Assembly (NCBI GenBank): GCA_013001885.1
Contig: JABDLD010000033.1
Span: 709-64,708, forward strand
Direction: 5' to 3'
DNA from: Lysobacterales bacterium
GTDB taxonomy: Bacteria; Pseudomonadota; Gammaproteobacteria; Xanthomonadales; SZUA-36
Length of the DNA: 64,000 nucleotides
Each line of letters begins with the position of its first letter. Within the stretch, counting starts at the first letter, position 1. The notes under the pieces were generated by a model, which was not told where the DNA came from, did not search any database, and saw only the letters and a program-made list of their open reading frames with translations. Below are positions 8,678-19,253 of this stretch, piece by piece. Made by a program: the position numbers and the translations under genes.

Positions 8678-9904
8678 ATGACCAAGCGTTATGATGTCGC
8701 AATTGTGGGCGGTGGGCTGGTGGGCGCAAGCCTTGCCTGTGCCCTGGCGCCGCTGGGCTTGAGAGTAGCCCTGCTCGAATCGGTCAGGTTCAGCGTGGCC
8801 TCCCAACCGAGTTACGACGACCGGACGCTGGCCCTCAGCGCCAGCTCCTGCCGGATACTCCAGGCACTGGAAATCTGGCCGGCGGTTGCCGGCAGTGCGA
8901 CCCCGATCCGGGAAATACAGGTGCGCGAATTCGACCGGCCCGGCCGAGTACTGATGGAACCCGGAGAACTCGACCTGGACCGGTTCGGGCATGTGGTTGA
9001 AGCGAAGGTTTTCGGTGCGGCCGTGATGGCGCAGATTCCCCGCTGGGAAAATCTCGACTTCCTGTGCCCGGCCGCCGTGACGAAAATCGACGCCGGCGCA
9101 GAATTGGCTGTCATCCATTACACCGCAGACGGGCGTGACCACAGGATCCAGGCGTCGTTGCTGGTGGGCGCAGACGGCGCTGATTCATTTGTGCGGCAAT
9201 CCCTCGATATCGAGACGGAAAAGCACGATTACCGACAGACTGCGATTATTTGCAACATCACCCCCGAACAGGACCATCGGGGCCGGGCGTTCGAGTGTTT
9301 TACTCTGACCGGTCCTTTTGCCGTGATGCCTCACGTCAACGGTCGTTGTGGGCTCATCTGGTGTGTCTCCACAGACCAGGCTGCCCTGATGATGGAGATG
9401 CCCGAGACGGAATTCCTGCGCGAGGCGCACCGGCGTTTTGGCAACCACCTTGGAAAATTTCTGAAAATAGGTCGGCGCAGCAGCTATCCGCTGCGGTTGG
9501 TGCGGGCGCTGGAAGACGTTCGGCCGGGCGCGGTCATTCTCGGAAACGCGGCGCACGCAATCCATCCGGTCGGCGCGCAGGGGTTCAACCTCGGGTTGCG
9601 CGACGTCGCCGTACTTGCCGAACTGCTGCAGGATGAGTCCAGGAAGGGGGCTGATGCGAACTACGGCAACATCGACTTGCTGACGCGTTATAGCGATTGG
9701 CGCAAGCCGGACCAGGCCGGCACCATTGCCTATTCTGACGGACTGGCGAGAATATTCTCGAATCCTACGCGGCTGGCGGCGGCCGCTCGCACGGCCGGCA
9801 TTCTGGCGCATGCGTTTGTGCCGTCGTTGCGCCGGCAGCTCGCCGTCCGGTCGATGGGATACCGCGGGCGCACACCGCGGCTGGCTGCGGGTGAACCCTT
9901 ATGA
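8678..9904 (+). CDS. ubiH: FAD-dependent 2-octaprenyl-6-methoxyphenol hydroxylase
   Basis: ATG at 8678 with AAGGAG RBS. YDVAIVGGGLVGASLA dinucleotide fold, GADG and GNAAHAIHPVGAQGFNLGLRD motifs, and pepP-ubiH-ubiI synteny. Confidence 0.8.
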   Translation: MTKRYDVAIVGGGLVGASLACALAPLGLRVALLESVRFSVASQPSYDDRTLALSASSCRILQALEIWPAVAGSATPIREIQVREFDRPGRVLMEPGELDLDRFGHVVEAKVFGAAVMAQIPRWENLDFLCPAAVTKIDAGAELAVIHYTADGRDHRIQASLLVGADGADSFVRQSLDIETEKHDYRQTAIICNITPEQDHRGRAFECFTLTGPFAVMPHVNGRCGLIWCVSTDQAALMMEMPETEFLREAHRRFGNHLGKFLKIGRRSSYPLRLVRALEDVRPGAVILGNAAHAIHPVGAQGFNLGLRDVAVLAELLQDESRKGADANYGNIDLLTRYSDWRKPDQAGTIAYSDGLARIFSNPTRLAAAARTAGILAHAFVPSLRRQLAVRSMGYRGRTPRLAAGEPL

Positions 9905-11145
9905 AATACGACGTTGCGGTTATCGGGGCAGGCATGGTGGGCGCGGCCGCAGCATCGCTGCTGGCCAGGTCCGGTTTTTCGGTAGCCGTCGTGGACCACC
10001 AGGAACCCGGTCCGTTTGACGGTTCGCAGCCGGTGGGATTGAGGGTTTCCGCCATTTCACCGGGGTCGGCAGATATCCTTTCCGAGGCCGGCTCCTGGCG
10101 TCAGGTTGAACGGCAGCGGCACTGCCCCTATCGCAGGATGGCGGTCGAGGACCGGGATGAGAGCGTGTCGCTGCAGTTTGACGCGATGGAGTTTGGTCTT
10201 GAGCGCCTGGGCACGATAGTCGAGAACACACTGGTCCAGTGGTCGTTGTGGCAATCTCTGCTGACCATGAGTGCGGTGGAGCTGTTTTGTCCGGATCGCG
10301 TGACGAACCTGGAATACATCGATGGCGAGCCGCTGATCAGCCTGGAAAGCGGGACGAGTTTGCACTGCCGGCTGGTGGTGGGTGCAGACGGGGCAAATTC
10401 AGGAATTCGCAAATTGCTCGGCATTCGGCAAGACCATTGGGAGTACAGTCAGCAGGGGCTGGTCTCGGTGGTGCAAACCAGCACTCCCAATTCCGGCCTG
10501 GCCTGGCAGCGGTTTCTTGACGGTGGTCCGTTGGCGTTTCTGCCGCTCGATGACGGTTCTTCCTCGATTGTCTGGTCGCTGCCCGATGCCGAGGCAGCGA
10601 GGATGCTGGAGCTGGACGAAGCAGATTTCCTGGAGGAACTGAACCAGGCGATTGCGGGCGGTCCGGATCACTGGCCAGACCCCGTCACTTCCTGCGGGAA
10701 GCGCGCAGCATTTCCGCTCACGATGAGGCTGAGTGAGCGCTACTGGGCCAACCATGCCGTTTTGATCGGGGACGCGGCTCACGTCGTTCACCCGCTGGCG
10801 GGGCAGGGCGTCAACCTCGGCTTGCTGGACGCGGCGGGCCTCGTCGAAGTGCTGGTGGCTGCGCGCAACCGGCAGCTTAATTTTGCCGGTGAAAAGACGC
10901 TGGAGAAATACGGCAGGTGGCGTCGCTCGGAAGCTGAGGTGATGGCGCGTGGCATGCACGGCATTCGCGGAATTTTCATACCGGGAGAACTGGGTCCGTT
11001 ACGCCGTTTCGGGATCGGCCTGATCTCTTCGAGCTGGACCGTCAGGGAGGCCTTCATCAAGCGCGCCACCGGGCGGCACCGTAATTCTCCTGCGCTTGCC
11101 CGCGGGCAGGCGCTGACGGACTTGCTCAGAGCCGCACCTGCCTGA
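9901..11145 (+). CDS. ubiI: FAD-dependent ubiquinone-biosynthesis hydroxylase (UbiI/VisC-like)
   Basis: ATGA overlap with ubiH. YDVAVIGAGMVGAAAA and GDAAHVVHPLAGQGVNLGLLD motifs. Paralogue assignment is by gene order only. Confidence 0.7.
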   Translation: MKYDVAVIGAGMVGAAAASLLARSGFSVAVVDHQEPGPFDGSQPVGLRVSAISPGSADILSEAGSWRQVERQRHCPYRRMAVEDRDESVSLQFDAMEFGLERLGTIVENTLVQWSLWQSLLTMSAVELFCPDRVTNLEYIDGEPLISLESGTSLHCRLVVGADGANSGIRKLLGIRQDHWEYSQQGLVSVVQTSTPNSGLAWQRFLDGGPLAFLPLDDGSSSIVWSLPDAEAARMLELDEADFLEELNQAIAGGPDHWPDPVTSCGKRAAFPLTMRLSERYWANHAVLIGDAAHVVHPLAGQGVNLGLLDAAGLVEVLVAARNRQLNFAGEKTLEKYGRWRRSEAEVMARGMHGIRGIFIPGELGPLRRFGIGLISSSWTVREAFIKRATGRHRNSPALARGQALTDLLRAAPA

Positions 11146-11239
11146 TTATTGGACACCCCGGTGCCACCGGGAGTAGTCTTTGGTTTTCCATCGAACGCCG
11201 TTTGGGCTCGATGGTTGCTGAACCGCAAAGGACATCCAC

Positions 11240-12205
11240 ATGATCTTCGACACTATTCTCGATACGATCGGCAACACGCCGGTTATAAAAATTCAAAAAC
11301 TGGCGCCCGAAGGCGTGGAAATGTACGTAAAGGTAGAGGCCTTCAATCCGATGAGTTCGGTCAAGGACCGCCTCGCCCTGGGCATCATCCTCGATGCGGA
11401 AAAGCGCGGAGCACTGAAGCCCGGACAAACCGTGATCGAGGCGACTTCCGGCAACACCGGCATTGCGCTAGCCATGGTTTGCGCGGTTCGCGGTTATCCG
11501 TTCGTGTCCGTGATGGCTTCATCGTTCTCAATAGAACGACGCCGTCTGATGCGTTTCCTTGGCGCCAGGGTTGTTCTGACGCCTCCTGAAGAGCGCGCCA
11601 CGGGAATGGTGCGGGTCACCGAAGCGCTGGCAAAGAAGCACGGCTGGTTCATGACCCAGCAATTTGAAAACGAGGCCAATCCCGCATATCACCGCAATAC
11701 CACCGGACCTGAAATATTGCAGGACTTTGCCGACAGGCGCCTGGATTACTTTGTCAGTGGTTACGGCACGGGCGGCACCATCAGCGGCGTCGGCCAGATG
11801 ATTCGACAGGCTCGTCCGGACGTGAAGGTCATCTCCACCGAGCCGTCAGGGGCGGCTCTGCTCGAAGGCAAGGAGTGGCAACCTCATAAAATCCAGGGGT
11901 GGACGCCGGATTTCCTCCCGCAAACGCTGGACCGGAACGTGGCGCACCAAAATGTCCTGGTAACCGATCAAGAGTCGATTGACTGTTCGAAGGCACTGGC
12001 GCGCCAGGAAGGTATTTTCTGCGGCATATCCGCCGGCGGCACTTTCGCCGCCGCGCTTCAAGTAGCGCAACAGGCTGAGCCCGGCGCGGTAATCCTGGCG
12101 ATGTTGCCCGATACCGGGGAGCGGTACCTTTCTACCCCGTTGTTCGCGGATATTCCGGACGGCCCGGACGATGCACAGGACTTGCTCGACGACCTGGATG
12201 ACTGA
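11240..12205 (+). CDS. cysK: Cysteine synthase A (PLP-dependent O-acetylserine sulfhydrylase)
   Basis: IGNTP..., SVKDR (PLP lysine), TSGNTGIALA and GTGGT motifs. Confidence 0.85.
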   Translation: MIFDTILDTIGNTPVIKIQKLAPEGVEMYVKVEAFNPMSSVKDRLALGIILDAEKRGALKPGQTVIEATSGNTGIALAMVCAVRGYPFVSVMASSFSIERRRLMRFLGARVVLTPPEERATGMVRVTEALAKKHGWFMTQQFENEANPAYHRNTTGPEILQDFADRRLDYFVSGYGTGGTISGVGQMIRQARPDVKVISTEPSGAALLEGKEWQPHKIQGWTPDFLPQTLDRNVAHQNVLVTDQESIDCSKALARQEGIFCGISAGGTFAAALQVAQQAEPGAVILAMLPDTGERYLSTPLFADIPDGPDDAQDLLDDLDD

Positions 12206-12240
12206 CGCAGCAGGCGGGGCCCTGTTTACCCGATAGAGGC

Positions 12241-13143
12241 TTATTGCCGCAGCAGAGACGGCGGAAAGTCTTTCAGGCAGGAGCCCAGTTCTCTGAGAAA
12301 GGACGAAAGCGCTGAACTTCCTCTCCACACCAGCGCAATCGTGCGGCTCGGCGCAGGGTCTTCAAAGTGCCGTATCACCACATTTTCCGTGGCTGCCATC
12401 GGCGGTTTCACCGACAGGATCGGCATCAGGGTGATGCCGACGTCGGCGGCCACCATCTGGCGCAACGTCTCCATGCTGGTGGCATGAAAATCAACGCGCT
12501 CATGCGCATTGGCCAGCGCGCACACGGCCAGCGCGTGGTCACGCATGCAGTGCCCCTCTTCCAGCAACAGCAGTTCCGCGCCCTCCAGGTCTTCGGTAGT
12601 TATCCGGGGTCGTTGCACCAGCGGATGGTGTCCGTGAAGAGCCAGCACGAAAGGCTCTTCGAACAGGGTTTCCACCTCGAGGCCTTCGTCATTGATGGGC
12701 AGCGCGAGCAGCGCCGCGTCGAGCTCACCCTGTCGCAACATGCGCAGCAGGTCTTCAGTTTTTTCCTCGGCCAGCTGCAGGCGCAAATTGGGGTATTGCT
12801 TTCTGAGGGAGGGCACCACGTGAGGCAGAAAATAGGGTGCCAGTGTAGGAAACAAGCCAAGGCGCAGCGTGCCTTCAGCCGGGTTGCCGCTACGCCGTGC
12901 GACTGCCCTGATCTGGTCAATATCACTCAGTACCAGCCGTGCGCGGTCGGCGATCTCCTCGCCGACGGGGGTGAGCATGATGTTTTTTGGTGAACGTTCA
13001 ACCAGCTGCACGCCCAGCTCTTCCTCCAGTTTCTTGATTTGTGTGCTCAGCGTGGGCTGGCTGACAAAGCAAGCATCGGCAGCCTTGCTGAAATGCCGGA
13101 GTTCGGCCAGCTTGACGAAATATTGCAGCGCGCGCAGGTTCAT
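12241..13143 (-). CDS. oxyR: LysR-family hydrogen-peroxide sensor OxyR
   Basis: The start is trimmed to the ATG at 13143 (MNLRALQYFVKLAELRHFSKAADACFVSQPTLS, a LysR HTH). The redox Cys pair context EEGHCMRDHALAVC matches OxyR C199/C208 spacing. Confidence 0.8.
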   Translation of the reverse strand: MNLRALQYFVKLAELRHFSKAADACFVSQPTLSTQIKKLEEELGVQLVERSPKNIMLTPVGEEIADRARLVLSDIDQIRAVARRSGNPAEGTLRLGLFPTLAPYFLPHVVPSLRKQYPNLRLQLAEEKTEDLLRMLRQGELDAALLALPINDEGLEVETLFEEPFVLALHGHHPLVQRPRITTEDLEGAELLLLEEGHCMRDHALAVCALANAHERVDFHATSMETLRQMVAADVGITLMPILSVKPPMAATENVVIRHFEDPAPSRTIALVWRGSSALSSFLRELGSCLKDFPPSLLRQ

Positions 13144-13166
13144 CCGGCCATTATACTGATGGATCA

Positions 13167-13808
13167 ATGAAACTCTGCATTCCAGTAATATCTTTTTTTC
13201 TTCTGGGCCTGTCCTTTTTGGCATTTCCGGCGGAGCCCGATGTCGAAGCGATGCAGCGACTGCGAAGCGGCGAAATCCTGTTACTGGACGCACGTTCAGA
13301 CCAGTCAGGTGGATCCGCCCGGGTGCAGGCCATTATTGACGCCCCGGTAGAGTCGATATGGGATGTTATTGTGTCATGTGAGCTGTCTTTCGTGTTTGTC
13401 GACGGGCTGGAAAAATGCGAACTGATCGAATCCAGCGGTGACCGTGCGCTGGTGCACCAGGTAGTGGATAAAGGCTGGCTGGTTCCAACCCAGGATTTTA
13501 TATTCGAGTCGTTGCGCGAACCTCACCAGTCCATCCGGTTTCAACTGGTCGAGGGCAATATCAAAGCGATGCAGGGCCAGTGGGAGTTCAAGCAACTGCA
13601 GCAAGGCATCCTGGTGGATTACCGGATTCGGGTCCAGCCCAAGTTCCCGGTCCCCGGTTTTATCGTGAGTTACGTCATGCGCAAGGGGATGCCGGATCTG
13701 ATTGCATGTATCCGGGGGCTGGCCGGCGGTTCGGGCTCTGCCTACAACGAAAAATCGGATCTCGGCCGTTGCCGCGGCAGGGAGACAAAGTCGTTGTCTT
13801 TCCCGTAA
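13167..13808 (+). CDS. Signal-peptide-bearing SRPBCC/START-like protein
   Basis: N-terminal hydrophobic signal (VISFFLLGLSFLAFPA). The body resembles polyketide-cyclase/SRPBCC family members. Assignment is from memory; the C-terminal extent is uncertain. Confidence 0.5.
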   Translation: MKLCIPVISFFLLGLSFLAFPAEPDVEAMQRLRSGEILLLDARSDQSGGSARVQAIIDAPVESIWDVIVSCELSFVFVDGLEKCELIESSGDRALVHQVVDKGWLVPTQDFIFESLREPHQSIRFQLVEGNIKAMQGQWEFKQLQQGILVDYRIRVQPKFPVPGFIVSYVMRKGMPDLIACIRGLAGGSGSAYNEKSDLGRCRGRETKSLSFP

Positions 13809-13844
13809 AATACCGCATCGAATTGACGCAGCGGACATACCTTC

Positions 13845-14852
13845 ATGAGTAAGCGAACGGTCCTGACGGGCATTACCACCACCGGCACACCGCACCTGGG
13901 AAACTACGTCGGTGCGATCAAACCGTGCATCCAGGCAAGCCATGATCCGGACGTCCAGTCCTATTACTTCCTGGCGGATTTTCATTCCCTCGTAAAAAAC
14001 CAGGATCCAGACCGGATAAGGCAATCGACCCTGGAAATTGCAGCCACCTGGCTGGCACTTGGGCTCGACACCGAGCGGTCCGTGTTTTACCGGCAATCCG
14101 ATATACCGGAGATTCCTGAGCTGACATGGATCCTGACCTGCTCGACCGCCAAAGGTTTGATGAACCGCGCCCATGCCTACAAGGCGGCGGTGCAGGAGAA
14201 CCTTGACGCCGGGGAAGATGCCGATTTTGCCATCACCATGGGTCTGTTCAGTTATCCGGTGCTGATGGCCGCGGACATCCTGATGTTCAACTCAACGCAT
14301 GTGCCCGTGGGCAAAGATCAGGTACAGCACCTGGAGATGGCGCGCGATATCGCCCAGCGCTTCAATCACCATTACGGTGAGCTATTCGAATTGCCCGAGG
14401 CGGTAGTCGAGGATCACGTCGCCGTGCTTCCCGGCAAAGACGGGCGCAAGATGTCGAAAAGCTACAACAATACGATTCCGCTCTGGTTGCCGGAGAAACA
14501 GTTACGCAAAGCAATCATGAAAATCGTGACCAACTCCCTGGAGCCGGGTGAACCCAAGGACCCGGACGACTCAGCCCTGTTCGCCATCTACGCGGCATTT
14601 GCTTCCCGCGAGCAGCGTGGGGCGATGCGCCAGGCCTACCGGGACGGTATTGGATGGGGCCAGGCCAAACAGGAAACTTTCGACCTGATCAACCGCGAGT
14701 TGCTGCCCGGCCGGGAGCGTTACGAGGCTTTGATCGCCGAGCCTGCGCGGATTGAGGAGGCATTGCAGGAGGGCGCAGAAAAGGCACGCGCTTTCGCCAC
14801 GCCGTTTCTGCAAAAAATCAGGCGGTCGGTCGGTATTCGCCAGCTGGTATGA
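13845..14852 (+). CDS. trpS: Tryptophan--tRNA ligase
   Basis: Class I signatures TPHLGNY (HIGH-like) and KMSKS. Confidence 0.9.
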   Translation: MSKRTVLTGITTTGTPHLGNYVGAIKPCIQASHDPDVQSYYFLADFHSLVKNQDPDRIRQSTLEIAATWLALGLDTERSVFYRQSDIPEIPELTWILTCSTAKGLMNRAHAYKAAVQENLDAGEDADFAITMGLFSYPVLMAADILMFNSTHVPVGKDQVQHLEMARDIAQRFNHHYGELFELPEAVVEDHVAVLPGKDGRKMSKSYNNTIPLWLPEKQLRKAIMKIVTNSLEPGEPKDPDDSALFAIYAAFASREQRGAMRQAYRDGIGWGQAKQETFDLINRELLPGRERYEALIAEPARIEEALQEGAEKARAFATPFLQKIRRSVGIRQLV

Positions 14853-15556
14853 ATACGCCAAAGGCCGATTTCGATGGCTGTGTTTTCGAGCCTGCATCCT
14901 TGCCCAGGTTGCAGGTTCAGGGAACAGACGCGCTGTTCCCGGTCCATCGAGTGTATTGCGTCGGGCGTAATTACCGCGAGCATGCGCGTGAAATGGGCCT
15001 GTCGACACGCGAGCCCCCGTTCTTTTTTTCGAAGCCTGCGGACGCCGTTTGCACCGATGCTGAAGTACCTTACCCATCCATGACGGGGGAGCTTCATCAC
15101 GAGGTGGAGCTGGTGGTTGCGATTGGTGGCGGAGGAGCGGACATTCCACTGGAAGAAGCTCAGGCGCTCGTCTTTGGGTACGCCGTGGGTGTCGATCTGA
15201 CCCGGCGGGACCTGCAGGCCGCGGCGAAGAAACACGGTCGCCCCTGGACCACAGCAAAGGGCTTCGACCAGTCGGCGCCCGTGTCGGCCATTCGGCCAGT
15301 TTCGGCCAACGGCCATCCCGGCAGTGCCGCCATCAGACTGCAGGTGAACGGCCAATTGCGCCAGCAAGGCAACGTCCGCGACATGACCTGGTCCGTGCCT
15401 GAAGTGATTGCCGAACTGTCCCGTTATTTCGAGCTGAAAGCGGGCGACCTGATATTTACCGGCACGCCGTCGGGTGTTGGCAGCGTGTTGCCGGGCGACC
15501 GGATCGACTGCGCCATCGATTCGGTGGGCGCGTTGAGTTTTGTAATCAGGGAATGA
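14849..15556 (+). CDS. Fumarylacetoacetate hydrolase family protein
   Basis: ATGA overlap with trpS. Typical FAH-fold motifs are present ([36 protein letters not shown]). Confidence 0.8.
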   Translation: MNTPKADFDGCVFEPASLPRLQVQGTDALFPVHRVYCVGRNYREHAREMGLSTREPPFFFSKPADAVCTDAEVPYPSMTGELHHEVELVVAIGGGGADIPLEEAQALVFGYAVGVDLTRRDLQAAAKKHGRPWTTAKGFDQSAPVSAIRPVSANGHPGSAAIRLQVNGQLRQQGNVRDMTWSVPEVIAELSRYFELKAGDLIFTGTPSGVGSVLPGDRIDCAIDSVGALSFVIRE

Positions 15557-15582
15557 CCCGCGGGGCATGCGCCCGCAACAGG

Positions 15583-17298
15583 TTAGCCCAGCCGTTCGAG
15601 CAGAGCTTCCACAGCCCCTTCCAGCGGGATTTCACCGTTTTCAGTATCGGTGCGTTTGCGGTACTCGAGTACGCCTTCATCCAGGCCCCGCTCCCCGATC
15701 ACCACGCGATGCGGTATTCCGATCAGTTCCATATCGTTGAACATCACGCCCGGCCGAACATTCCGGTCATCCAGCAACACTTCGACGCCTGCGGCCTGGA
15801 GATCGGCATATAGAAGCTCAGCGGCTTCGCGCACACGGTGTGATTTGCGGGCGTTCATCGGCAGAATCGCGACCTGGAACGGGGCGATCGGATCGGGCCA
15901 GCAAATGCCTTTTTCATCGTGGTTCTGCTCAATCGCCGCAGCGACGATGCGGGAAACGCCGATACCGTAACAACCCATCGGCATCACGTGCGATTTGCCG
16001 TCTTCACCCAGCACCACGGCGTTCATGGACTCACTGTACTTCGTTCCCAGTTGGAAGATATGGCCCACTTCGATACCGCGGGCCAATTGAAGGGTTCCCT
16101 CACCGTCCGGGCTGGGATCGCCTTCCGTCACGTTGCGCAGGTCCGCCTGTTCGGGCAGTTCCGTATCCCGCCCCCAGTTAACGCCAAAATAGTGCTTGCC
16201 GTCCTGGTTGGCGCCCGCGGCAAAATCAGACATCGCGGCCACAGTGCGGTCGACTACCGCCGGAATCTTCAGGCCAACCGGGCCAAGAGACCCCGGGCCG
16301 GCGCCGGTCGCGGCGTGAATTTCGTCTTCCGTTGCAAAACGGATTGGAGTGGCTACCTGCGGCAGGCGCGCCGCCTTGAACTCATTGAGTACATGATCGC
16401 CCCTGACCAGAAGCGCTACAAAACCGGACCCCGATTCTTCGGCAGCTTCCACGATCAGTGTTTTGACTGTTTTCTCGACGGGCAGACCGAACTGCTCCAC
16501 CAGGTCGTTGATGGTGTGGGCGTCCGGCGTATCGACGAGCAGCAGATCTTCCTTAGCCGGCGGCGTTGCTCCTGCCGGGGCGACCGCTTCCGCCAGTTCG
16601 ACGTTGGCCGCAAATTCAGAATCGGTCGAGAATGCGATCAAATCCTCGCCTGACTCCGCCAACACGTGGAATTCGTGCGACTGGCTTCCTCCGATGGCTC
16701 CGGAATCGGCCCGGACGGCGCGGAACATGAGCCCGGCACGCTCAAAGATCCGGGAATATACCTCGTACATTTCCCAGTATGTCTGATCGAGGCTGGCTTC
16801 ATCGATGTGGAAAGAGTAGGCGTCCTTCATCAGGAACTCGCGCGCGCGCATTACGCCGAAGCGCGGCCGGATTTCATCACGGAACTTGGTCTGAATCTGG
16901 TAGAAAGTTACCGGCAGCTGTTTGTAGCTGCGGAGTTCGTTTCGGGCAAGATCGGTGATGACTTCTTCGTGGGTCGGGCCGAACACGTACTCGCGCCCCG
17001 CGCGATCCAGGATCTTCAGCAACTGGCCGCCAAAATCTTCCCAACGACCGGTTTCCTTCCACAATTCGGCAGGCTGCACTGCGGGCATCAGCATTTCCAG
17101 GTAGCCGGCCCGGTCCATTTCCTCGCGGACAATCTGTTCCACTTTCTTCAGTACCCGCCAACCCAGCGGTGACCAACTGTATATTCCGGCCGTCAGTTTG
17201 CGAATCATGCCGCTGCGCAGCATGAGCTGGTGGCTGGCGATTTCTGCGTCCGCGGGGGTTTCCCGGGTCGTCATGATGTGGAATTTGCTGGTTTTCAT
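15583..17298 (-). CDS. proS: Proline--tRNA ligase (bacterial type with INS editing domain)
   Basis: 571 aa. N-terminal [10 protein letters not shown] and class II motifs ([19 protein letters not shown]). Confidence 0.95.
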   Translation of the reverse strand: MKTSKFHIMTTRETPADAEIASHQLMLRSGMIRKLTAGIYSWSPLGWRVLKKVEQIVREEMDRAGYLEMLMPAVQPAELWKETGRWEDFGGQLLKILDRAGREYVFGPTHEEVITDLARNELRSYKQLPVTFYQIQTKFRDEIRPRFGVMRAREFLMKDAYSFHIDEASLDQTYWEMYEVYSRIFERAGLMFRAVRADSGAIGGSQSHEFHVLAESGEDLIAFSTDSEFAANVELAEAVAPAGATPPAKEDLLLVDTPDAHTINDLVEQFGLPVEKTVKTLIVEAAEESGSGFVALLVRGDHVLNEFKAARLPQVATPIRFATEDEIHAATGAGPGSLGPVGLKIPAVVDRTVAAMSDFAAGANQDGKHYFGVNWGRDTELPEQADLRNVTEGDPSPDGEGTLQLARGIEVGHIFQLGTKYSESMNAVVLGEDGKSHVMPMGCYGIGVSRIVAAAIEQNHDEKGICWPDPIAPFQVAILPMNARKSHRVREAAELLYADLQAAGVEVLLDDRNVRPGVMFNDMELIGIPHRVVIGERGLDEGVLEYRKRTDTENGEIPLEGAVEALLERLG

Positions 17299-17352
17299 GC
17301 GTTATAGGTTCACTGGTCCCAAACGACCGATTTTACCTGCATGAAACACGGA

Positions 17353-17874
17353 TTACCTGCAGTTTTTGGCGATGTAGTCTCGTGACTCCTCGATAAGCCC
17401 GATGCGCAGGTCATCATCCATCCGGATTTCTTCACCCGCTTCGTTCTTGTACATCACCCTGCGGGCAGGCTCCATCTGCTCCAGGCGCTTGCGGTGCCGC
17501 GCACATAATTCCTCGGCTTCTACCTGCGCTTCCCTGCGTTCCTGGCGGCTTTTCGCGATGTCCTCACGCCGCTGCTGGGCGGCGGACTTCGGACTTTCCG
17601 GGCTTTCTGCAGAGGCTGCGTCTGTACCCTGCGGGGCGGACGGGTAAGCGCCGGTCGTTCCGGGCTGGTACACGTCTTCTACCTCTATTTTCAGGGATCC
17701 GTTGCTCGGGGGCGGCGAGTCGCCAAAATGCACAACGCCTTTTTCGTCAGTCCACTTGTACACTTCCGTCGCATCGGCGCTGTTCAACCAGCCGCACGCG
17801 AGCACCAGGGTCATCGCGAGAAGCAGTTCAGTGCGATGACGGCTCAATTGCTGTTGCCAAATTCTGTGTTTCAT
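17353..17874 (-). CDS. DUF4124 domain protein (signal peptide, charged C-terminal helix)
   Basis: VYKWTDEKGVVHFGDSPP motif after a signal peptide. Confidence 0.65.
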   Translation of the reverse strand: MKHRIWQQQLSRHRTELLLAMTLVLACGWLNSADATEVYKWTDEKGVVHFGDSPPPSNGSLKIEVEDVYQPGTTGAYPSAPQGTDAASAESPESPKSAAQQRREDIAKSRQERREAQVEAEELCARHRKRLEQMEPARRVMYKNEAGEEIRMDDDLRIGLIEESRDYIAKNCR

Positions 17875-17988
17875 GGGCTATCCCTGCTATGAACCAGTTT
17901 TTCTTATAACATAGACGAAGTTCAACTGCCTTATTCGGGGCTTTATCCGGTGCTATGATGCGAAGCAGAAAACACAAGAGGATTCAGC

Positions 17989-18795
17989 GTGGAACCTGGT
18001 GAGAAAACAGTGCACAAGGGCATATTCCTGTTGCCGAATGCCCTGACCACAGGCGCCATGTTCGCAGGGTTCTACTCGATCATCGCCGGTATCAATGGCC
18101 ACTATGTTGCGGCGGCCGTGGCGGTAGTGGTGGCGGGGTTTCTCGATGGTCTCGATGGACGGGTAGCCCGGCTGACGAACACCCAGAGTGATTTTGGCGT
18201 CCAGTACGACAGTCTCTCTGACCTGATATCCTTCGGCCTCGCGCCGGCGCTGCTGGCATTCAACTGGTCACTTTCCTCCATGCGGGACATCAGCCCGCTT
18301 GCCGGAAAACTGGGTTGGCTCGCCGCATTTTTGTTTGTTGCCTGCGCCGCGTTGCGCCTCGCCCGCTTCAATACCCAGGTTTCGACAGTGGACAAGAGCT
18401 ATTTCCAGGGCCTCGCATCACCGGCGGCAGCGGGTACGCTGGTCGCCACCATCTGGTTTTTCAACGACCAGGGAATATCAGGCGAATCCATGCGCTGGCT
18501 GATCTGGTTCGAGACGGTCATCCTGGGGCTCCTGATGTTTTCCCGTGTCCGTTACTTCAGCGGGAAATCCTGGCCTTCCGGCGACCGCATACCGGCCGGG
18601 TTTCTGTTTCTCGTCGTGCTGGTTTTTGTTCTGTTGGCGATTGACCCGCCCACGGTCATGATGATCATTGGCGTTTTTTACGTGAGCTCCGGCCTGGTGA
18701 TGACGATTCTTGGCAGGAAAGCATGGAAAAACCGCCGCTTGAAGCGGCAGGCAAAAGGCAGGCAGTCAGCAGACAAGGATGAAGCCGAATCGTGA
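17989..18795 (+). CDS. pssA: CDP-diacylglycerol--serine O-phosphatidyltransferase
   Basis: CDP-alcohol phosphatidyltransferase motif DGLDGRVAR...DSLSD with multiple TM segments. Confidence 0.85.
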   Translation: MEPGEKTVHKGIFLLPNALTTGAMFAGFYSIIAGINGHYVAAAVAVVVAGFLDGLDGRVARLTNTQSDFGVQYDSLSDLISFGLAPALLAFNWSLSSMRDISPLAGKLGWLAAFLFVACAALRLARFNTQVSTVDKSYFQGLASPAAAGTLVATIWFFNDQGISGESMRWLIWFETVILGLLMFSRVRYFSGKSWPSGDRIPAGFLFLVVLVFVLLAIDPPTVMMIIGVFYVSSGLVMTILGRKAWKNRRLKRQAKGRQSADKDEAES

Positions 18796-19253
18796 TTGAG
18801 TTGCGTCGCCGCGCCTATCTGGACGCTATGGGGTTCGACGTCTGGGCCGTCAAGCCGCCGGCGGTGGCGACCAACCGGCTGATCCTGCAGGCGGGGGACG
18901 GCGATACGCTGCTGATCTGTGCGCAGCCAGATCACACCGCGAGCCGTTTCGCCGGAGATGTGGCAAGGACGCTGGGCGGCAGAGTGGTCTGGGCCTGGCC
19001 GGATCCTGAAGGCAGTTCGGACTGCCCGACGCTGGATGAAGCGGTCAGACAGTTCCTGTTCACTCGGGTCATGCTGTTTGGCACAGGCCTGGCGCGGCGG
19101 ATTGCCGGAGACGAGATTTCGCCGGTTGTCGGCTCAGCTTTCGTCCAGGTCACCGAGGATATGGAAGACCTGGCAGTCACGGGCCGGGCCAAACGCAAAT
19201 TCTGGAATCAGCTCTGCACAAGCGGCGCTGTGAACTCTACGGACGGGAAATGA
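18792..19253 (+). CDS. holD: DNA polymerase III psi-subunit-like protein
   Basis: Lies upstream of and overlaps rimI, the E. coli holD-rimI arrangement. N-terminal RRRAYLDAMGFDVWAVKPP resembles E. coli RRDWQLQQLGITQWSLRRP, and C-terminal KRKFWNQLC resembles AALWQQIC. The sequence is divergent. Confidence 0.5.
   Translation: MIELRRRAYLDAMGFDVWAVKPPAVATNRLILQAGDGDTLLICAQPDHTASRFAGDVARTLGGRVVWAWPDPEGSSDCPTLDEAVRQFLFTRVMLFGTGLARRIAGDEISPVVGSAFVQVTEDMEDLAVTGRAKRKFWNQLCTSGAVNSTDGK

Noticed and set aside
12241-13293. N-terminally extended ORF versions: oxyR to 13293, valS to 22531, RDD to 27468, dsbC from 33288, gspF from 40510, gspJ from 43141, wzt from 53774, SDR from 57420, and the 548-aa gene from 50227.
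   Set aside because: The extensions lack homology-like sequence, overlap upstream genes or intergenic promoters, and are followed by in-frame starts. Those starts give canonical N-termini (HTH, signal peptide, prepilin leader, Rossmann motif), often with an RBS or ATGA coupling.
13374-14174. Long ORFs antisense to confident genes. Examples: 13374-14174 (-), 14720-15568 (-), 30363-31229 (-), 36488-37450 (-), 39119-40435 (-), 53735-54598 (-), 60937-61689 (-).
   Set aside because: Each lies opposite a gene with clear family motifs (trpS, FAH, tonB, purL, gspE, wzt, glyA). Their translations are Arg/Pro/Gly-rich low-complexity sequences typical of stop-codon-poor antisense frames in GC-rich DNA. 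No start context or motif supports them.
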